Source: Escherichia coli (GTDB lineage: Bacteria; Pseudomonadota; Gammaproteobacteria; Enterobacterales; Enterobacteriaceae). Taken from it: a DNA stretch of 660 bases. Each line of letters opens with the position of its first letter. Positions within the stretch are counted from its first letter, which is position 1. Positions 1 through 660 of the stretch are shown piece by piece. The position numbers were made by a program, and so were the translations under genes. The stretch is taken from assembly GCF_003334255.1 (NCBI RefSeq), contig NZ_QOWU01000201.1; one strand, written 5' to 3'. A model generated the notes under the pieces. It did no database searches and had not been told where the DNA came from. It worked only from the letters and a program-made list of their open reading frames with translations.

Positions 1-660
1 CCCTCATCCTCGCTGCGGATAAGTTTGCCGGTCAGGTCGTGGTGATAACGCTGTGTGCGGCCGTCAAAGCCGGTTTCCTGTATCAGCCGGTCGAGTACAT
101 CGTAACGGAAGGTGGTGTGGCTGCCGTTTTCACTGGTCAGGCGGATGACCCGTCCGGCAGCATCGTATTCCATACTGCGCGTCAGCCCGCCCTGCGTGGT
201 ACAGATGGCCTTTCCCCACGCATCGTACTGTGTCCCGTTTCTGCTGCCGTCCGGGGCAATGACGGCGGTCAGGTCACCGGCGATGTTGTATTCATACCGC
301 GTTTCATGGCCCTGCGTGTCTTTCACGGCAATTAACTGTCCACGGCTGTCGTATGCGCGGTACTGACTCAGCCCTTCCTCGCGGTGCACCGCCGTCATCT
401 GCCCGAAGCGGTCATGGTCATAACGGGTTACATAACCGGAACAGTCGGTGAAGCTCAGCAACTGACCGTAACGGCTCCACGTCATGGTTTTCCGGCTGCC
501 GGTGGCATCTTCCGTTGCGCAGGGTAAGTCACTGTGTGGATTATCATAACGGTAGCGGGTGATATCGCCGTCAGGGGCAGTTTCCTGAATCAGACGGCCC
601 AATTCATCATATTCCCGGCGCAATTCCAGCCCGTCAGGCCCGGTGGCTGACGTTAACTGG
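1..660 (-). CDS. rhs: Rhs-family core protein (YD-repeat region), internal fragment truncated at both window edges; RhsA/B/C-type enterobacterial core
   Basis: Seen in sequence: the reverse complement read from window position 659 gives 219 consecutive sense codons with no stop, ending at position 3. Translation begins QLTSATGPDGLELRREYDELGRLIQETAPDGDITRYRYDNPHSDLPCATEDATGS and ends SHTTFRYDVLDRLIQETGFDGRTQRYHHDLTGKLIRSEDEG. It contains repeated YD dipeptides in the Rhs/YD-repeat context (xYxYDxxGRL(I/V), spaced about 21 residues). Established knowledge: this matches, from memory, the conserved core of E. coli-type Rhs proteins; no database search was run. Paralog (rhsA, rhsB, rhsC etc.) cannot be assigned because the cores are near-identical, so the symbol is the family designation only. 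Absent from the ORF track because it runs off both edges. Confidence 0.94.
36..611 (-). repeat. Tandem array of about ten YD (Rhs) peptide-repeat units encoded on the minus strand, period about 63 nt; protein-level repeats, not identical DNA repeats
   Basis: Seen in sequence: the codons for the Y-D (or degenerate) dipeptide fall at plus-strand coordinates 606..611 (EYD), 543..548 (YRYD), 465..470 (degenerate YG), 417..422 (RYDHD), 348..353 (YRAYD), 285..290 (degenerate YEYN), 222..227 (QYD), 162..167 (EYD), 99..104 (RYD) and 36..47 (degenerate YHHD). Spacing is 60 to 69 nt. On the plus strand the recurring hexamer is atcgta or atcata, the reverse complement of tacgat or tatgat. Confidence 0.85.

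Noticed and set aside
39-335. Plus-strand ORF of 98 codons (GTG start) from the six-frame track
   Set aside because: It lies antisense to a strongly supported Rhs core reading frame covering the whole window. Long antisense open frames are expected in GC-rich coding DNA. I see no convincing ribosome-binding site upstream, and its translation shows no recognisable domain-like pattern. It also overlaps the other plus-strand ORF in a different frame.
112-366. Plus-strand ORF of 84 codons (GTG start) from the six-frame track
   Set aside because: Same reasoning: an antisense shadow frame within the Rhs core gene, overlapping ORF 39..335 in another frame. The translation is low-complexity and rich in S, P, R and C, as expected from reading GC-rich DNA out of frame.
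36-611. Possible DNA tandem repeat or CRISPR-like array suggested by the recurring atcgta/atcata hexamers at about 63-nt spacing
   Set aside because: The periodicity comes from protein-level YD repeats. The intervening DNA units are not identical direct repeats, spacing varies from 60 to 69 nt, and the whole region is one continuous open reading frame.
1-660. A novel, previously undescribed system located within this window
   Set aside because: The window is entirely the conserved core of a well-known family (Rhs/YD-repeat polymorphic toxins). Nothing here is unexplained by that gene. Any novelty would be in the off-window C-terminal tip or immunity region, which cannot be assessed from this sequence.
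1-660. Promoters, terminators or RNA genes
   Set aside because: I found no GC-rich hairpin followed by a T-run and no tRNA-like or rRNA-like structure. The window is interior to a gene, so regulatory elements are not expected, and calling -10/-35-like hexamers in coding DNA would be unsupported.

Overview
The whole window lies inside one gene on the minus strand: an internal fragment of an Rhs-family (YD-repeat) core protein. The reading frame is open across the entire window (complete codons at 659 down to 3, 219 codons, no stop, truncated at both edges). The supplied ORF track misses it, apparently because it lists only ORFs bounded inside the window. Minus-strand translation, N to C: QLTSATGPDGLELRREYDELGRLIQETAPDGDITRYRYDNPHSDLPCATEDATGSRKTMTWSRYGQLLSFTDCSGYVTRYDHDRFGQMTAVHREEGLSQYRAYDSRGQLIAVKDTQGHETRYEYNIAGDLTAVIAPDGSRNGTQYDAWGKAICTTQGGLTRSMEYDAAGRVIRLTSENGSHTTFRYDVLDRLIQETGFDGRTQRYHHDLTGKLIRSEDEG. 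It carries about ten tandem YD-type repeat units of roughly 21 residues (63 nt period). I recognise it as the conserved core of the enterobacterial RhsA/B/C-type family but cannot assign the paralog from 660 bases. The two plus-strand ORFs in the track (39..335 and 112..366) are best explained as antisense shadow frames. I see no RNA gene, CRISPR array, mobile-element terminus, promoter or terminator. I do not see a novel system inside this window: it is the conserved part of a known polymorphic-toxin family, and the variable, potentially novel parts (C-terminal toxin tip, immunity gene, orphan tips) would lie off-window beyond coordinate 1.
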